From: an uncultured Solirubrobacterales bacterium
GTDB taxonomy: Bacteria; Actinomycetota; Thermoleophilia; Solirubrobacterales; 70-9
Length of the DNA stretch: 64,000 nt
Assembly (NCBI GenBank): GCA_963700105.1
Contig: CAVOWL010000004.1
Location: 204,050-268,049 of the forward strand
Reading direction: 5' to 3'
Shown: positions 47,338 to 57,166 of the stretch, piece after piece
How positions within the stretch are numbered: position 1 is the stretch's first letter
Layout: each line of letters begins with the position of its first letter
Position numbers and translations under genes: made by a program
The notes under the pieces: model-generated
Seen by the model: only the letters and a program-made list of their open reading frames with translations
The model's database searches: none
What the model was told of the DNA's origin: nothing

Positions 47338-48411
47338 ATGCGGCTCCTCTACGTGGTCGGGACCCGACCGAACTTCGTCAAGACTGCGCCGGTGATCGCG
47401 GCGCTTCGCAATCGGCTTCCCGAAGCCTCCCACACGATCGTCCACACCGGCCAGCATTACGACCGCCTCATGTCGGATGTATTTCTGCAGGAGCTGGGAG
47501 TGCCTGAGCCCGATTACATGCTCGCGGTTGGTTCTGGCTCCCACGCGCAGCAGACGGCGCGCACGATGGAGAGGCTGGAGCCGGTATTGATCGAGCAGCG
47601 TCCCGATCTCGTGCTGGTACCGGGGGATGTGAACTCAACCCTGGCGGCGACCCTAACGGCGGTCAAGCTCGGAATCGCCGTAGCCCACATCGAGTCTGGA
47701 TTGCGCAGTTTTGACCGCACGATGCCCGAGGAGATCAATCGCATCGTCGCCGATCAGCTTTCCTCACAGCTCTTCCTGCATTCAGAGGAGGCGGTTGAGA
47801 ACCTCCGCGCGGAAGGGATCGAGGAGGGTCGGATCCACCTTGTCGGCAACACGATGATCGACACCCTGGTCGCGCTGGAGGACCGATTTCGAGCGTTGAA
47901 GGTGGCCGATCGCCTCGATTTAAGCGAAGGCGAGTACGTCCTCGTCACCTTGCATCGTCCCGCCCTGGTCGATGGTCCGTTGCTCTCTGAGACGATGGCC
48001 GAACTCGCCTCCCTGGCAGCGGAGATGCCGGTCGTCTTCCCGGTGCACCCGAGAACGCGGGCGATGATCGAGCAGACCGGGGTCTCCCACCCCGAGCTCA
48101 TTTACTCCGAGCCCCTCGGCTACCTCGACTTCCTCTCGCTGATGGCCGGCGCGGGGGCCCTGCTGACCGACTCCGGCGGTGTCCAGGAGGAGACCACCTA
48201 TCTCGGCGTTCCCTGCTTCACGCTGCGCGATAACACCGAGCGACCGATCACGATTCGGGCGGGAACCAACACGTTGCTGGGACTGGACCCCGCCGCGATC
48301 GCGACGATTCCCAGCCGGCTCGCCCAGCGCTCATCGCCCAGACTCGAGCCTCCGCCGCTTTGGGACGGCCATGCCGCAGAGCGGATCGCGGCGATTATCG
48401 CGGCGACCTAA
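47338..48411 (+). CDS. wecB: UDP-N-acetylglucosamine 2-epimerase (non-hydrolysing)
   Basis: 357-aa ORF. Blocks are [38 protein letters not shown] and [16 protein letters not shown]. Confidence 0.92.
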   Translation: MRLLYVVGTRPNFVKTAPVIAALRNRLPEASHTIVHTGQHYDRLMSDVFLQELGVPEPDYMLAVGSGSHAQQTARTMERLEPVLIEQRPDLVLVPGDVNSTLAATLTAVKLGIAVAHIESGLRSFDRTMPEEINRIVADQLSSQLFLHSEEAVENLRAEGIEEGRIHLVGNTMIDTLVALEDRFRALKVADRLDLSEGEYVLVTLHRPALVDGPLLSETMAELASLAAEMPVVFPVHPRTRAMIEQTGVSHPELIYSEPLGYLDFLSLMAGAGALLTDSGGVQEETTYLGVPCFTLRDNTERPITIRAGTNTLLGLDPAAIATIPSRLAQRSSPRLEPPPLWDGHAAERIAAIIAAT

Positions 48412-49055
48412 GCCCCGGCCGCGGCCCCACCCTCCGGCTCCGCATCCTTGGCGGCACCATCTGCGGCCGCAACCGCCTCCTCGGGGGCGACATCGGCGAG
48501 CTTCAGGGCCTCCTTGCCTGGGGCCAAAAGCATGCTCATGTTGCGACCCTCCTGGAGTGGTTCGGACTCGATCACCGCGAGTCCATTGAGGTCCTCAAAG
48601 AGCTTTTGCAGCAAGGCTCGACCCCGCTCCGGGTGGGCCTGCTCGCGGCCGCGAAACATAATCGTGATCTTGACCTTGTCCTGGTGGCGGAGAAAACGCT
48701 CGACGTGGCCCTTCTTGGTCTCGTAGTCGTGGGTGGCGATCTTCGGACGCAGCTTGATCTCTCGAATATTGACCTGCTGCTGGTGCTTGCGAGCGGCCTT
48801 TTGCTTTTGCTCCTGCTCGTATTTGTACTTGGAGTAGTCGAGCAGTCGCGTCACCGGCGGCTTTGAATTTGGCGCAACCTCGACTAGATCGAGGTCTGCA
48901 TCCTGGGCCCGCCGCAGCGCCTCGGAGGTCTCAACTATTCCAAGCTGCTCTCCGTCGGCCCCGATCAGCCGCACCTGGGGCACACGAATCCGCTCGTTGA
49001 CCCTTGTCGTGTCGCGCTCTGGGGGGCGCCGGTCGAACCTACGCGGGATCGGCAC
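48408..49055 (-). CDS. infC: translation initiation factor IF-3
   Basis: Blocks are [42 protein letters not shown] and TIMFRGRE. The start is shown as the GTG at 49055 but is uncertain. There is an Ala/Glu-rich C-terminal extension. Confidence 0.9.
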   Translation of the reverse strand: MPIPRRFDRRPPERDTTRVNERIRVPQVRLIGADGEQLGIVETSEALRRAQDADLDLVEVAPNSKPPVTRLLDYSKYKYEQEQKQKAARKHQQQVNIREIKLRPKIATHDYETKKGHVERFLRHQDKVKITIMFRGREQAHPERGRALLQKLFEDLNGLAVIESEPLQEGRNMSMLLAPGKEALKLADVAPEEAVAAADGAAKDAEPEGGAAAGA

Positions 49056-49201
49056 TATCGAGAGGAGGGGTGGAGCTTCAAGGGAGAGCGGGTGGTAGGG
49101 GCGCGGGCACGACGACGCTCAGCGGCGCGGAGTCTTTTGCGTGCCTGCGATCAAGTCGGCGCAGTATAGAGGCACGGCGTCGATTGCAACCGCTCTGGCC
49201 T

Positions 49202-51148
49202 TCAGCCGTCCTCACCCCCAGCGGCGAGCATCGCGCCAAACTGCCCAATCGACATCGCTCCCAGCTCGCCCCGCTCGTGGGAGCGGACGGCCAGCGCGCC
49301 CTCGGCCTGCTCGCGATCGCCGACCACGACCATGAATGGATAGCGTCCCAGCTCGGCATCGCGGATCTTCTTGCCGACTGACTCTGAGCGCTGGTCAAGG
49401 GCAGCCCGCACGCCGAGCTGCTTGAGCTCGGCCTCGACCGCTTGGGCGTAGGCATTGTGGCGGTCAGATACGGGCAAGACTATCGCCTGTATTGGCGCCA
49501 GCCAGACCGGAAAGCGGCCGCCAAAGTGCTCGATCAGGATCCCGGCGAAGCGCTCCATCGAGCCCAACAGGGCGCGGTGAATCATCACCGGAGAATGGAG
49601 GGCATCATCGGTCCCGACGTAGGTGAGCCCGAAGCGCTCGGGCATTTGAAAGTCGAGCTGGCAGGTGCCGCATTGCCAGGAGCGCCCCAGGGCGTCGGTG
49701 ACATGGAAATCGATCTTGGGCCCATAGAAGGCGCCGTCTCCGGGGTTCAGCTCATACTCACGGTCTTGTCGCAGCAGCGCCTCGGTCAACGCCGCCTCGG
49801 CTTTTTGCCATTGCCGGTCCCCTCCGATCGAATGCTCGGGTCGGGTCGAGAGCTCAACCCGGATGTCGCTGAAGCCAAAGCGCGCGTAGAGCTCATCGAT
49901 CGCCGCGCAGATATCAGCGACCTCGTCGGCGATCTGCTCCTCACTGCAAAAGACGTGGGCATCATCTTGGGTGAAGGCGCGCACCCGAAGGAGGCCATGC
50001 AGGACGCCCTCGCGCTCGTTTCGAGAAACCCGGCCGAACTCGGCCAATCGCAGGGGAAGCTCACGATAGGAATGGCGTTCTGAGCCAAAGACCAGACAGG
50101 CTCCTGGACAGTTCATCGGGCGCAGCGCGAAACGGCGCTCATCGACCTCCATGAAATACATCGAGTCGCGATAGTTATCCCAGTGCCCGGAGCGGTGCCA
50201 AAGCTCCTCATCGAGAACCTCCGGCGTCGCGATCTCCTGATAGCCGCGCTTTTGGAGCTGACCCTGCACCTCAGCCTCGATCAGGTGCAAAAGCGTGGTC
50301 CCGTTGGGCAGCCAAAATGGCATTCCGGGCGCCTCCTCGCGCAGCATGAACAGCCCAAGCTGGGGTCCGAGGCGACGGTGATCGCGGGCCTTGGCCTGCT
50401 CGATCTGCTCAAGGTGGGCGTCGAGTTCGCGCTGGGAGAAAAAGGCGGTCCCATAGATGCGGGTCAGCATCTGGCGGCGCTCGTCACCGCGCCAGTAAGC
50501 GCCGGCTACCGAGTTCAGCTTTAGCGCCTTGATCCTGCCGGTGCTGGGGCCGTGCGGCCCCCTGCAGAGGTCCTCGAAGGGCCCGTTTCGATACAGCGAC
50601 ACCGACTCGATTCCCTGCTCTCGAACCAAATCCTCGATCAGCTCAACCTTGTAGTCCTCCCCTTGAGCGCGAAAGATTTCGACCGCCTCAGCGACCGGGA
50701 GCTCGCGGCGATTGAAGGGCTCATCGGCGGCGAGATGAAGGCGCATCGCGGCCTCGATCCGATCCAGGTCAGCGTCGGTAATCGTCACCCCTGCCGGGAA
50801 CTTAAAGTCGTAATAGAAGCCGTTTTCGATCGCGGGTCCGATTGTCACCTTGGCGTCGGGGTAGAGGTCCTTGACGGCCTCGGCCATAACGTGGGCCGCG
50901 TCGTGGCGGATCAGGGCCAAAGCCTCGGGGTCTTTCTCGGTGAGGATCGAGATCGCGGCGCCGTCGGGAAGCGCTGCCCGAAGGTCGTGGAGCTCGCCGT
51001 TGACCTTCACTGCCAACGCCGCCTTGGCCAGCCGCGGGCCGATCGCCGCAGCTGCATCCGCTCCCGTTGCCGCACCGGGAAGCTCCAAAAGCGTGCGATC
51101 GGGAAGGCTGACTTTGATCTTTTCGGTCGCCGCCTCGATGTGGGCCAT
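49202..51148 (-). CDS. thrS: threonine--tRNA ligase
   Basis: 648-aa ORF with TGS, editing, class II core and anticodon-binding regions. Blocks include FWLPNG, RVRAFTQDDAH and IHRALLGSMERF. Confidence 0.97.
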   Translation of the reverse strand: MAHIEAATEKIKVSLPDRTLLELPGAATGADAAAAIGPRLAKAALAVKVNGELHDLRAALPDGAAISILTEKDPEALALIRHDAAHVMAEAVKDLYPDAKVTIGPAIENGFYYDFKFPAGVTITDADLDRIEAAMRLHLAADEPFNRRELPVAEAVEIFRAQGEDYKVELIEDLVREQGIESVSLYRNGPFEDLCRGPHGPSTGRIKALKLNSVAGAYWRGDERRQMLTRIYGTAFFSQRELDAHLEQIEQAKARDHRRLGPQLGLFMLREEAPGMPFWLPNGTTLLHLIEAEVQGQLQKRGYQEIATPEVLDEELWHRSGHWDNYRDSMYFMEVDERRFALRPMNCPGACLVFGSERHSYRELPLRLAEFGRVSRNEREGVLHGLLRVRAFTQDDAHVFCSEEQIADEVADICAAIDELYARFGFSDIRVELSTRPEHSIGGDRQWQKAEAALTEALLRQDREYELNPGDGAFYGPKIDFHVTDALGRSWQCGTCQLDFQMPERFGLTYVGTDDALHSPVMIHRALLGSMERFAGILIEHFGGRFPVWLAPIQAIVLPVSDRHNAYAQAVEAELKQLGVRAALDQRSESVGKKIRDAELGRYPFMVVVGDREQAEGALAVRSHERGELGAMSIGQFGAMLAAGGEDG

Positions 51149-51187
51149 GCTACCCGGCGCAGGCCGAGTCCCTGGCCCCGCAGGTGA

Positions 51188-53047
51188 CTATCGGGGCGGC
51201 CCCTGGCGTGCCTGGCGCACGGCGATCAGCGGGCACGGACTGCGGCCGTGGAGCGCTCCGGTTCGCTGCCAGAGCTCGTAGGGAGCATCGACCCGGCGCA
51301 GCCGCAGGTGGGCGAAGGGCGGCCCGGTTTGATCCGCCTCAGCGATCACATAACGAACTCCCGCGGGCAGGGGATGACCTACTTCAGATTCGCTCTTGAT
51401 ACAAACCCTTCCCCCGCGAAGTTCCCAGTCGAGAAAAGGGACCCCATGCTGATCGGCAAGCAGTCCAGAGGGGGCGAGCACCAGGGTCGATCCGGAAGTC
51501 ACAAGCGGGCGCAGTTCGGCCAACGCGGGGCTGTAGGAGGTCGGACCAATTGGGGCATTGGCGAGTGCCAGCAGCGAGCAGGCTCCGGCAGCGCAGACGA
51601 AGAGCGCTGCGGCAAAACCGGCCCTCCGCCTTTTTCGCGGGGCGCTCAATTGGCCGACCTTCGCCTTACCCAGAAGCGGCAAGAGGATGGTCAGCATCGC
51701 CACTGGCGCTGCGATCTCGATTGCCTTTGCGGCGGTGTAGGGAGTGCCGGCAATGCGGGCCGCGAGGTAGGCGAGAGTGGCGGCGGCAAGCGTCGAGAGG
51801 ATTGCGGTCTCGCGGCGTCGCCAACACCAGATCAGCCCGTAGCCGAACAAGGCCAAGGCGTACAAAATCGCCAGGTAGTAACCGAGCGCCGGCACCGCAC
51901 CATTGCCTGGGGCAAGGCGAAAGTCACCAGAGGGCCAGATCCCAAGCGCCTCAAATGGGGAGATCTGGCCGAACAGATTGCCGAGCCCCGGCCCGCTCGG
52001 ATTGAAGGTCTCAAAGTGGCGGAAATCGATCATGCGACCGATCTCGGGCGCGGTCAGAACCGCGAAGACAAGCAGCGCAAGGATCGCCGGATTGCGGCCG
52101 AGTGAGGAGGTGGATCCAGTCGCTTGACTGCGGGCGCCGCCGCCAGTATCGGCTCGATCGGCTCGGCCCGCGGCTTGTTTGTGGGTGAGCGCGAATTCAG
52201 CCAGGCCCCAGATCGCCGCGGCGCCGAGCAGCCAGGTCAGCCCCGGGAAGCTGTAGGTATAGACACTGCCAACGGCCAAAAGAGCCGGCGGAAGCATCCG
52301 CAATGGCCGCCCGAGCCACTCCTCGTTTCGCTGCGGTCGAGAGATCTGGCGCAAGGAGAGGGCGAAGGCGAGGACGAAGAGCGCCTGCATCGTCTCCTTG
52401 AAGTCACCCTGGGCAAAGTAGGAGGCAACCGGATAGCTGATCCCGACCAGCAGGGCGCCACCCAAACGCCGCAGCGGTTCCAACGCGGCAAAGGCCGCCA
52501 GGGCGGTGAGGGCGGAAAGAACGACGACCGACACGGTGAGGCCGCTGAAGCCCTCCACCAACCCGATCCCCAAGCCCTGCTTGAGGGCCACGACAATCGC
52601 GTGGGGACCCAGTGGGTAGCCCTGGCGCAACAACTGAGAGCCCCGACCGCCAGCAAGGCGGTCGGCGGCCAGGAGGTGCTGGGACATATCGGGGTTAAAA
52701 CCGGTGCCGAGAATGCCGAAGTGGCCTTCGACGATGAACGGAATGGAGGCCGCGGCAAGCGCGATGAGCGCAACTGGGGCACCGACGTTAAAGGCCGTTC
52801 TCAGCCCTCCCGTGCGGCCCCTCAGGTAAAGCAGGGACGCCAGCGTGATCGCGAGGACGGCGATCGCTGAGCAGGTCCCGTGGCCGGGCAACCGAACCGT
52901 CCCCCAACAGATCGCACAAAGGAGCGCAAGGCCAACGGCGGGAGAGAGCCATGACCAGCTCCTTTGCCCACAGAGCGCAATCGCCGCCCCTCCAATCGCC
53001 AAAGAGGCCAGGCATACCGCGAGCACGGCAGCGTAGGTGGCGATCAC
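51188..53047 (-). CDS. large polytopic membrane protein, function unknown (possibly GT-C-like)
   Basis: Track ORF of 658 aa, trimmed to the GTG at 53047 (VIATYAAVLAV). At least 12 hydrophobic helices plus a C-terminal soluble region of about 110 aa. No family firmly recognised. Confidence 0.6.
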   Translation of the reverse strand: MIATYAAVLAVCLASLAIGGAAIALCGQRSWSWLSPAVGLALLCAICWGTVRLPGHGTCSAIAVLAITLASLLYLRGRTGGLRTAFNVGAPVALIALAAASIPFIVEGHFGILGTGFNPDMSQHLLAADRLAGGRGSQLLRQGYPLGPHAIVVALKQGLGIGLVEGFSGLTVSVVVLSALTALAAFAALEPLRRLGGALLVGISYPVASYFAQGDFKETMQALFVLAFALSLRQISRPQRNEEWLGRPLRMLPPALLAVGSVYTYSFPGLTWLLGAAAIWGLAEFALTHKQAAGRADRADTGGGARSQATGSTSSLGRNPAILALLVFAVLTAPEIGRMIDFRHFETFNPSGPGLGNLFGQISPFEALGIWPSGDFRLAPGNGAVPALGYYLAILYALALFGYGLIWCWRRRETAILSTLAAATLAYLAARIAGTPYTAAKAIEIAAPVAMLTILLPLLGKAKVGQLSAPRKRRRAGFAAALFVCAAGACSLLALANAPIGPTSYSPALAELRPLVTSGSTLVLAPSGLLADQHGVPFLDWELRGGRVCIKSESEVGHPLPAGVRYVIAEADQTGPPFAHLRLRRVDAPYELWQRTGALHGRSPCPLIAVRQARQGPPR

Positions 53048-53436
53048 GCTGAAGCCACTTTGAGATCGCCCGCGCCCGCAAGCCCATAGCGTCGGCGCCG
53101 GGCAGCGACCGCTTCGGGAGCTTTCACTGAGAGCGGCCCGAGGCCCACGGCACGGCCTGGGCAAGGAGGTCGGATCCTGGTGGCCGCAGCGCAGATCCTG
53201 CTTGATAAGCCGGGGCTGAATCGAAGCGGGGTGTCGTTATTGGTCATCTTGATCTGCAGACCGCGGGCCGGGATTGGCGCAGATCATGCCAGCGTGAATC
53301 GACGCCGAGCGTCGCCTTCACTTCAGATAATCGACACCGTGCTCAGAAGAGGAGAGGCGATCAAACGCGCCAGCTCAAGCCCGAGCTCTCCTGCCAATGG
53401 ACGCCAACCCGCTTCGTGTCGTCCCTGACAAAAACC

Positions 53437-55698
53437 TCAGCTGGTCTTCGCAGCGGCCGCAGAATCTGCCGCGCCATTCGGGCTCGGCTCCATAGCTAGC
53501 GCCGCATCGGCGGCTGGCGCGTCGATCGCCAGGTGAGGGAGCCGGCGATCGAGCCAATCCGGAATCTTCCAGGTTGCGCGCCCGAGCAGCTCCAACACCG
53601 AGGGTAGGAGAAGGCTGCGAACGACGAAGGCATCGAGGAAGACGGCGCTGGCGAGGCTCAGCCCAAAGAGTTTCAGCACGCGCTCATCCCCCAAGACAAA
53701 GGAGATGAACACGCAGACCATGATCGCGGCTGCCGCCGTGATCACGCGCCCGGTCGAGGAAACGCCCTCCACGACCGCCGCCGAGGCGTCTCGTCGGCGG
53801 ACCCACTCCTCGTGGATGCGCGAGACCAGGAAAACCTCATAGTCCATCGATAAGCCGAAGACGATCGCGAACAGGAGGACCGGGATGAATGCCTCGATGG
53901 GTCCCCCTTCGATATTCAAAAGTCCCCCGAACCAACCCCACTGAAAGACGGCAACAACGACCCCCAGCGAAGCCCCGATCGAGAGCAGGTTCATGATCGC
54001 GGCCTGAACGGGTATAAGCAGCGAGCGAAAGACAATCAACAGCAAAAGCGCCGAAAGCAGCACCACGATTGCGATGAAGATCGGCAGCTTGTTGGCGATC
54101 ACGTGGGTGAAATCGATCCCACCGGCGGTCTGACCTCCGACCAGCACCGTCGTATGGGTTGTCGCGGCAACCGGGGGAAGGACGTTGTTTCTGAGCCGAT
54201 TGACGAGATCGGTGGTTGCGATGTCTTGGGGCGCCGAGCGGGGGAAGACCTGAAACACGGCCGTGCGGCCCGCCGGGCTCAGTCCGGCTGCTGACACCGA
54301 GGCAACATCTTCAGCCCGATGCAGGGTCGCGGCGACCGCCGCCAAGGCGAGGGCGTCGTGGCGGCTTGGAAGCTGGACGACAACCTGAAGTGGGCCATTG
54401 AACCCCTTTCCAAAACCCTGGGCCAGGAGCTCATAGGCCTTGTAGGTGGTCAGATTTGTCGGCTCACTACTTGCGTCACTTTGGCCGAGTCGCAGGGACA
54501 GCGCCGGGATCGCGAGGACGAGCATGATCGCCAGGCCGCTGATCGCACCAAGCCAGGGGTGACGCTGAAGAATGCGCGCCCAGCGAGGCCAGAAGCCCTT
54601 TCCGGCGCTGGGACGAGTGTCGTTTGTCGGGCTGCGCTCGGCCTGCAATCTGGCCTTGCGCCCGATCCGCTCGCCAAAGCGCGACAGTAGCGCCGGCAAC
54701 ATTGTCAGCGCCGCGAGCATCGTCATCGCCACCGCCAGGGACGCCGCGATCGCCAACCCGTAGAGGAAGCTGATACCGAGCGCGAACATTCCAAGCAGGG
54801 CGATGATCACGGTCAGCCCAGCAAAGAGCACGGCCCTTCCAGCGGTATACATCGCGGCGATCGTCGATTCCCGCACGTCGCTGCCGTGGCGGTAGTTCTC
54901 CCTAAAGCGGGTGAGAATGAAAAGCGAGTAATCGATCCCCACTCCCAATCCGATCATCGCCGCCAGCTCGGTGGAGAAATTGGGCATTTCGAATACGTGG
55001 GTGCCCAATCCAATCAGTCCGATTCCGGTGCCGAGCCCCAGCAGCGCCGTGATGATCGGTAGCCCCATTGCAATCAGCGAACCGAAGGTGATCAGCAGAA
55101 TCGCGATCGCAGCGAGCAGGCCGATCAGCGTCGTGGCGCCCAGCGACGGCTGCTGAGTCTGTTCAATTGCCGCTCCCCCAAGCTCAACCTGCAATCGGGG
55201 GGAGCGAGCGCTTTCAGCCACCGAGATGACCCGTTCGATGGCTGGCTTAGGCAGTTCATTCGCCCGCTGGTCAAAGGCGACGGTGGCAAAGGCGATCTGG
55301 CCACTGCGCGAGATCGCGACCCGCCCGGCCCGCGAATAGGGACTAGTGACGGCGCTGACATGAGGGAGCTTCGCGATTTGGGCCAAGACCGCCGAGACGC
55401 GGGCACGAATGGCCGGATCCCTGATTCGGCCCTGAAGTGAATGCAGGACGATCTGATCGGAATCACCCGCCTGGGCCGGGAATTCGCGTTTGAGCAGATC
55501 GAGCGCCCGCTGAGACTCGGTTCCTGGGAGTGAGAAATTGCTCGCGTAGTTGGTTCCTGCCGATCCAGATGCCACGAGGACGCAGACCAGGAGAATGATC
55601 CAGCCGATCACCACCGTTCGTGGGTGATCCACTGCCGCGCGCCCCATCGAGGCGAGCGGGCCGGTCCTGCGAGGCTTGTCCTGGGTGGATTCGGTCAT
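53437..55698 (-). CDS. MMPL-family (RND superfamily) membrane transporter
   Basis: 753-aa ORF with two repeats of a large extracytoplasmic loop plus a helix bundle. Blocks GVGIDYSLFILTRFRE and GLSMDYEVFLVSRIHEE are typical of MmpL proteins. Confidence 0.9.
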   Translation of the reverse strand: MTESTQDKPRRTGPLASMGRAAVDHPRTVVIGWIILLVCVLVASGSAGTNYASNFSLPGTESQRALDLLKREFPAQAGDSDQIVLHSLQGRIRDPAIRARVSAVLAQIAKLPHVSAVTSPYSRAGRVAISRSGQIAFATVAFDQRANELPKPAIERVISVAESARSPRLQVELGGAAIEQTQQPSLGATTLIGLLAAIAILLITFGSLIAMGLPIITALLGLGTGIGLIGLGTHVFEMPNFSTELAAMIGLGVGIDYSLFILTRFRENYRHGSDVRESTIAAMYTAGRAVLFAGLTVIIALLGMFALGISFLYGLAIAASLAVAMTMLAALTMLPALLSRFGERIGRKARLQAERSPTNDTRPSAGKGFWPRWARILQRHPWLGAISGLAIMLVLAIPALSLRLGQSDASSEPTNLTTYKAYELLAQGFGKGFNGPLQVVVQLPSRHDALALAAVAATLHRAEDVASVSAAGLSPAGRTAVFQVFPRSAPQDIATTDLVNRLRNNVLPPVAATTHTTVLVGGQTAGGIDFTHVIANKLPIFIAIVVLLSALLLLIVFRSLLIPVQAAIMNLLSIGASLGVVVAVFQWGWFGGLLNIEGGPIEAFIPVLLFAIVFGLSMDYEVFLVSRIHEEWVRRRDASAAVVEGVSSTGRVITAAAAIMVCVFISFVLGDERVLKLFGLSLASAVFLDAFVVRSLLLPSVLELLGRATWKIPDWLDRRLPHLAIDAPAADAALAMEPSPNGAADSAAAAKTS

Positions 55699-55746
55699 CT
55701 TCCTGCCTAGCCGGCGCTATCTTTAGCTTGTTGAAGTAGTTACAAA

Positions 55747-55761
55747 TTCAAATTGTTTGAA
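55747..55761. promoter_or_regulatory. AT-rich palindrome TTCAAA-ttg-TTTGAA in the MMPL/MarR divergent region
   Basis: 6-bp perfect arms inside the only strongly AT-rich stretch of the intergenic region (gtagttacaaattcaaattgtttgaaaag). Candidate MarR operator. Confidence 0.4.
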
Positions 55762-56290
55762 AAGCAACGGGCTTATAGCATTTCCAGTGACGATCGGCTC
55801 ACCCAACAATCGCAAATCCGACCCGGTCGAGGTGGCGGCAGCTGAGCTGCTGGGACTGTTCGGTCGAGTCTCTCGGTCGTTGAAGCGGTGCGGTGAACCG
55901 GCGCCCGCCGATCTCGTCGCCATTTTTGAAGCCGAATCATTGGGCGGGCGCCACGGACCCGTGCTGTTCGCGATCGCCCTTGAGAGCGAACTGAGCGTCA
56001 CCGAGATCGCCGCTCGAATAGGGCTTGGCGTGCCGACGACAAGCCTTCTCATCGGAGAGCTGAGCCGCGCCGGTTTGGTGATAAGGACCGAGGACGATGT
56101 GGACCGGCGTCGCACGAAAGTCAGCCTCCACGGGGATCACCGCGAAGCGATCGAGATCTGGATCGAGGAGGCGATGGATCCGCTGCGGCGAACCCTCCTG
56201 CGGCTTTCTGCAGCCGAACGCGCCACCTTCCTCAAGGCGTGGCGAATCCTCGATCGGGAAAGCGGGCGGGTCGGATTGGATGCCCGTTAG
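55757..56290 (+). CDS. MarR-family transcriptional regulator
   Basis: wHTH block LSVTEIAARIGLGVPTTSLLIGELSRAGLVIRTEDDVDRRR. The TTG start at 55757 is uncertain, and the true start may be further downstream. Confidence 0.8.
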   Translation: MKSNGLIAFPVTIGSPNNRKSDPVEVAAAELLGLFGRVSRSLKRCGEPAPADLVAIFEAESLGGRHGPVLFAIALESELSVTEIAARIGLGVPTTSLLIGELSRAGLVIRTEDDVDRRRTKVSLHGDHREAIEIWIEEAMDPLRRTLLRLSAAERATFLKAWRILDRESGRVGLDAR

Positions 56291-56619
56291 CCTCACGATC
56301 CTCGCTCCCATCCCCGGCAGAGCCGGTGGGGCCACGGTTATGTTGAGCGACGGACCCACGGTGCCTTCAGTGGAAGTTGGGTGATCAGTCCCAGGGCATT
56401 AGATCGAGCTGGGGGGAACAAACGCGGGTGGTCTGTGGGACAACACCTGGAGAACTCCAGGCCAAGGCGCCGCGACCGGGTCAATCATCACGGCTCGAAA
56501 GCCTGCCCCCCCGGTTCGCGGGCCGAGCCTCCGAATGCCCGTCCCGGTTTGGCGAAAGTGAGAAACCGAGCCAAACCGCTGGCTCGTCGGCCCGACTCGG
56601 GTTTCCCGAAAATACCTTC

Positions 56620-56805
56620 CTATATCGTGAACTTCACCACTTGCTCGGGCTCATCTTTCGGCCACGCTTCAAAAATCGTCCCGGGCTCACAGCTCAGACG
56701 ATGAGCGGCCAACTTGGCGATGGCGTGTTCAGCTGTGGGCGCTTCTATCGGTTCCTCTCGAACCTCGATAGATCGCTCCCTCGCCGCGACAACGAACTCC
56801 TCCAC
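56620..56805 (-). CDS. small hypothetical ORF (possibly a remnant)
   Basis: 61-aa GTG-start ORF in the lower-GC patch. No family recognised. It lies immediately downstream of an integrase-like fragment. Confidence 0.2.
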   Translation of the reverse strand: MEEFVVAARERSIEVREEPIEAPTAEHAIAKLAAHRLSCEPGTIFEAWPKDEPEQVVKFTI

Positions 56806-56875
56806 CCGGCGAATTTAGGCTGGGCAGATAAGCGAGGGGTTAAGCGGGGCTAAAGGGGGCCCCGGCGCTGATCGA

Positions 56876-57096
56876 TCACCCGACGCTCGGGGAGGGGCTC
56901 CGAAGGCCCGTCTTGAGCGGGATACCGGCATTGGCCAGCGGCATTTGGAGCGGCCCCCATAGCTCAGCAGGGCCAGGTTCTGTCGCTGCTCGCTGCCTCA
57001 GGCTCCCAGCCACTCGAGCACGACGCCCCCCAACCTCAACCGCGGCCGAGGACGTGAAAGCGACCTGAGCCGATGCTCGAGGCCAGGCGGCAGCCT
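56876..57096 (-). pseudogene. possible decayed tyrosine-recombinase (integrase) C-terminal fragment
   Basis: A start-less open frame reads AFTSSAAVEVGGRRARVAGSLRQRAATEPGPAELWGPLQMPLANAGIPLKTGLRSPSPSVG. The LRxxAAT and AGIPLK elements resemble the HxLRHTAAT and AGVPLKVV box of integrases. There is no start codon, and a TGA lies just upstream in frame. Confidence 0.25.
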
Positions 57097-57166
57097 TGAT
57101 TCAAATCTGGGCTCGAGTTCAGCATTTCAATACGCGCCATTCCACGGTAATTTTGCCCCCAACGCG

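Noticed and set aside
56940-57020. tRNA-like string (ccatagctcagcagggcc) suggesting a tRNA gene
   Set aside because: There is no complementary D-stem 3' half, no T-loop (GTTCRANYC) and no acceptor pairing, so it cannot fold as a tRNA. No other convincing T-loop or acceptor combination was seen in any intergenic region of the window.
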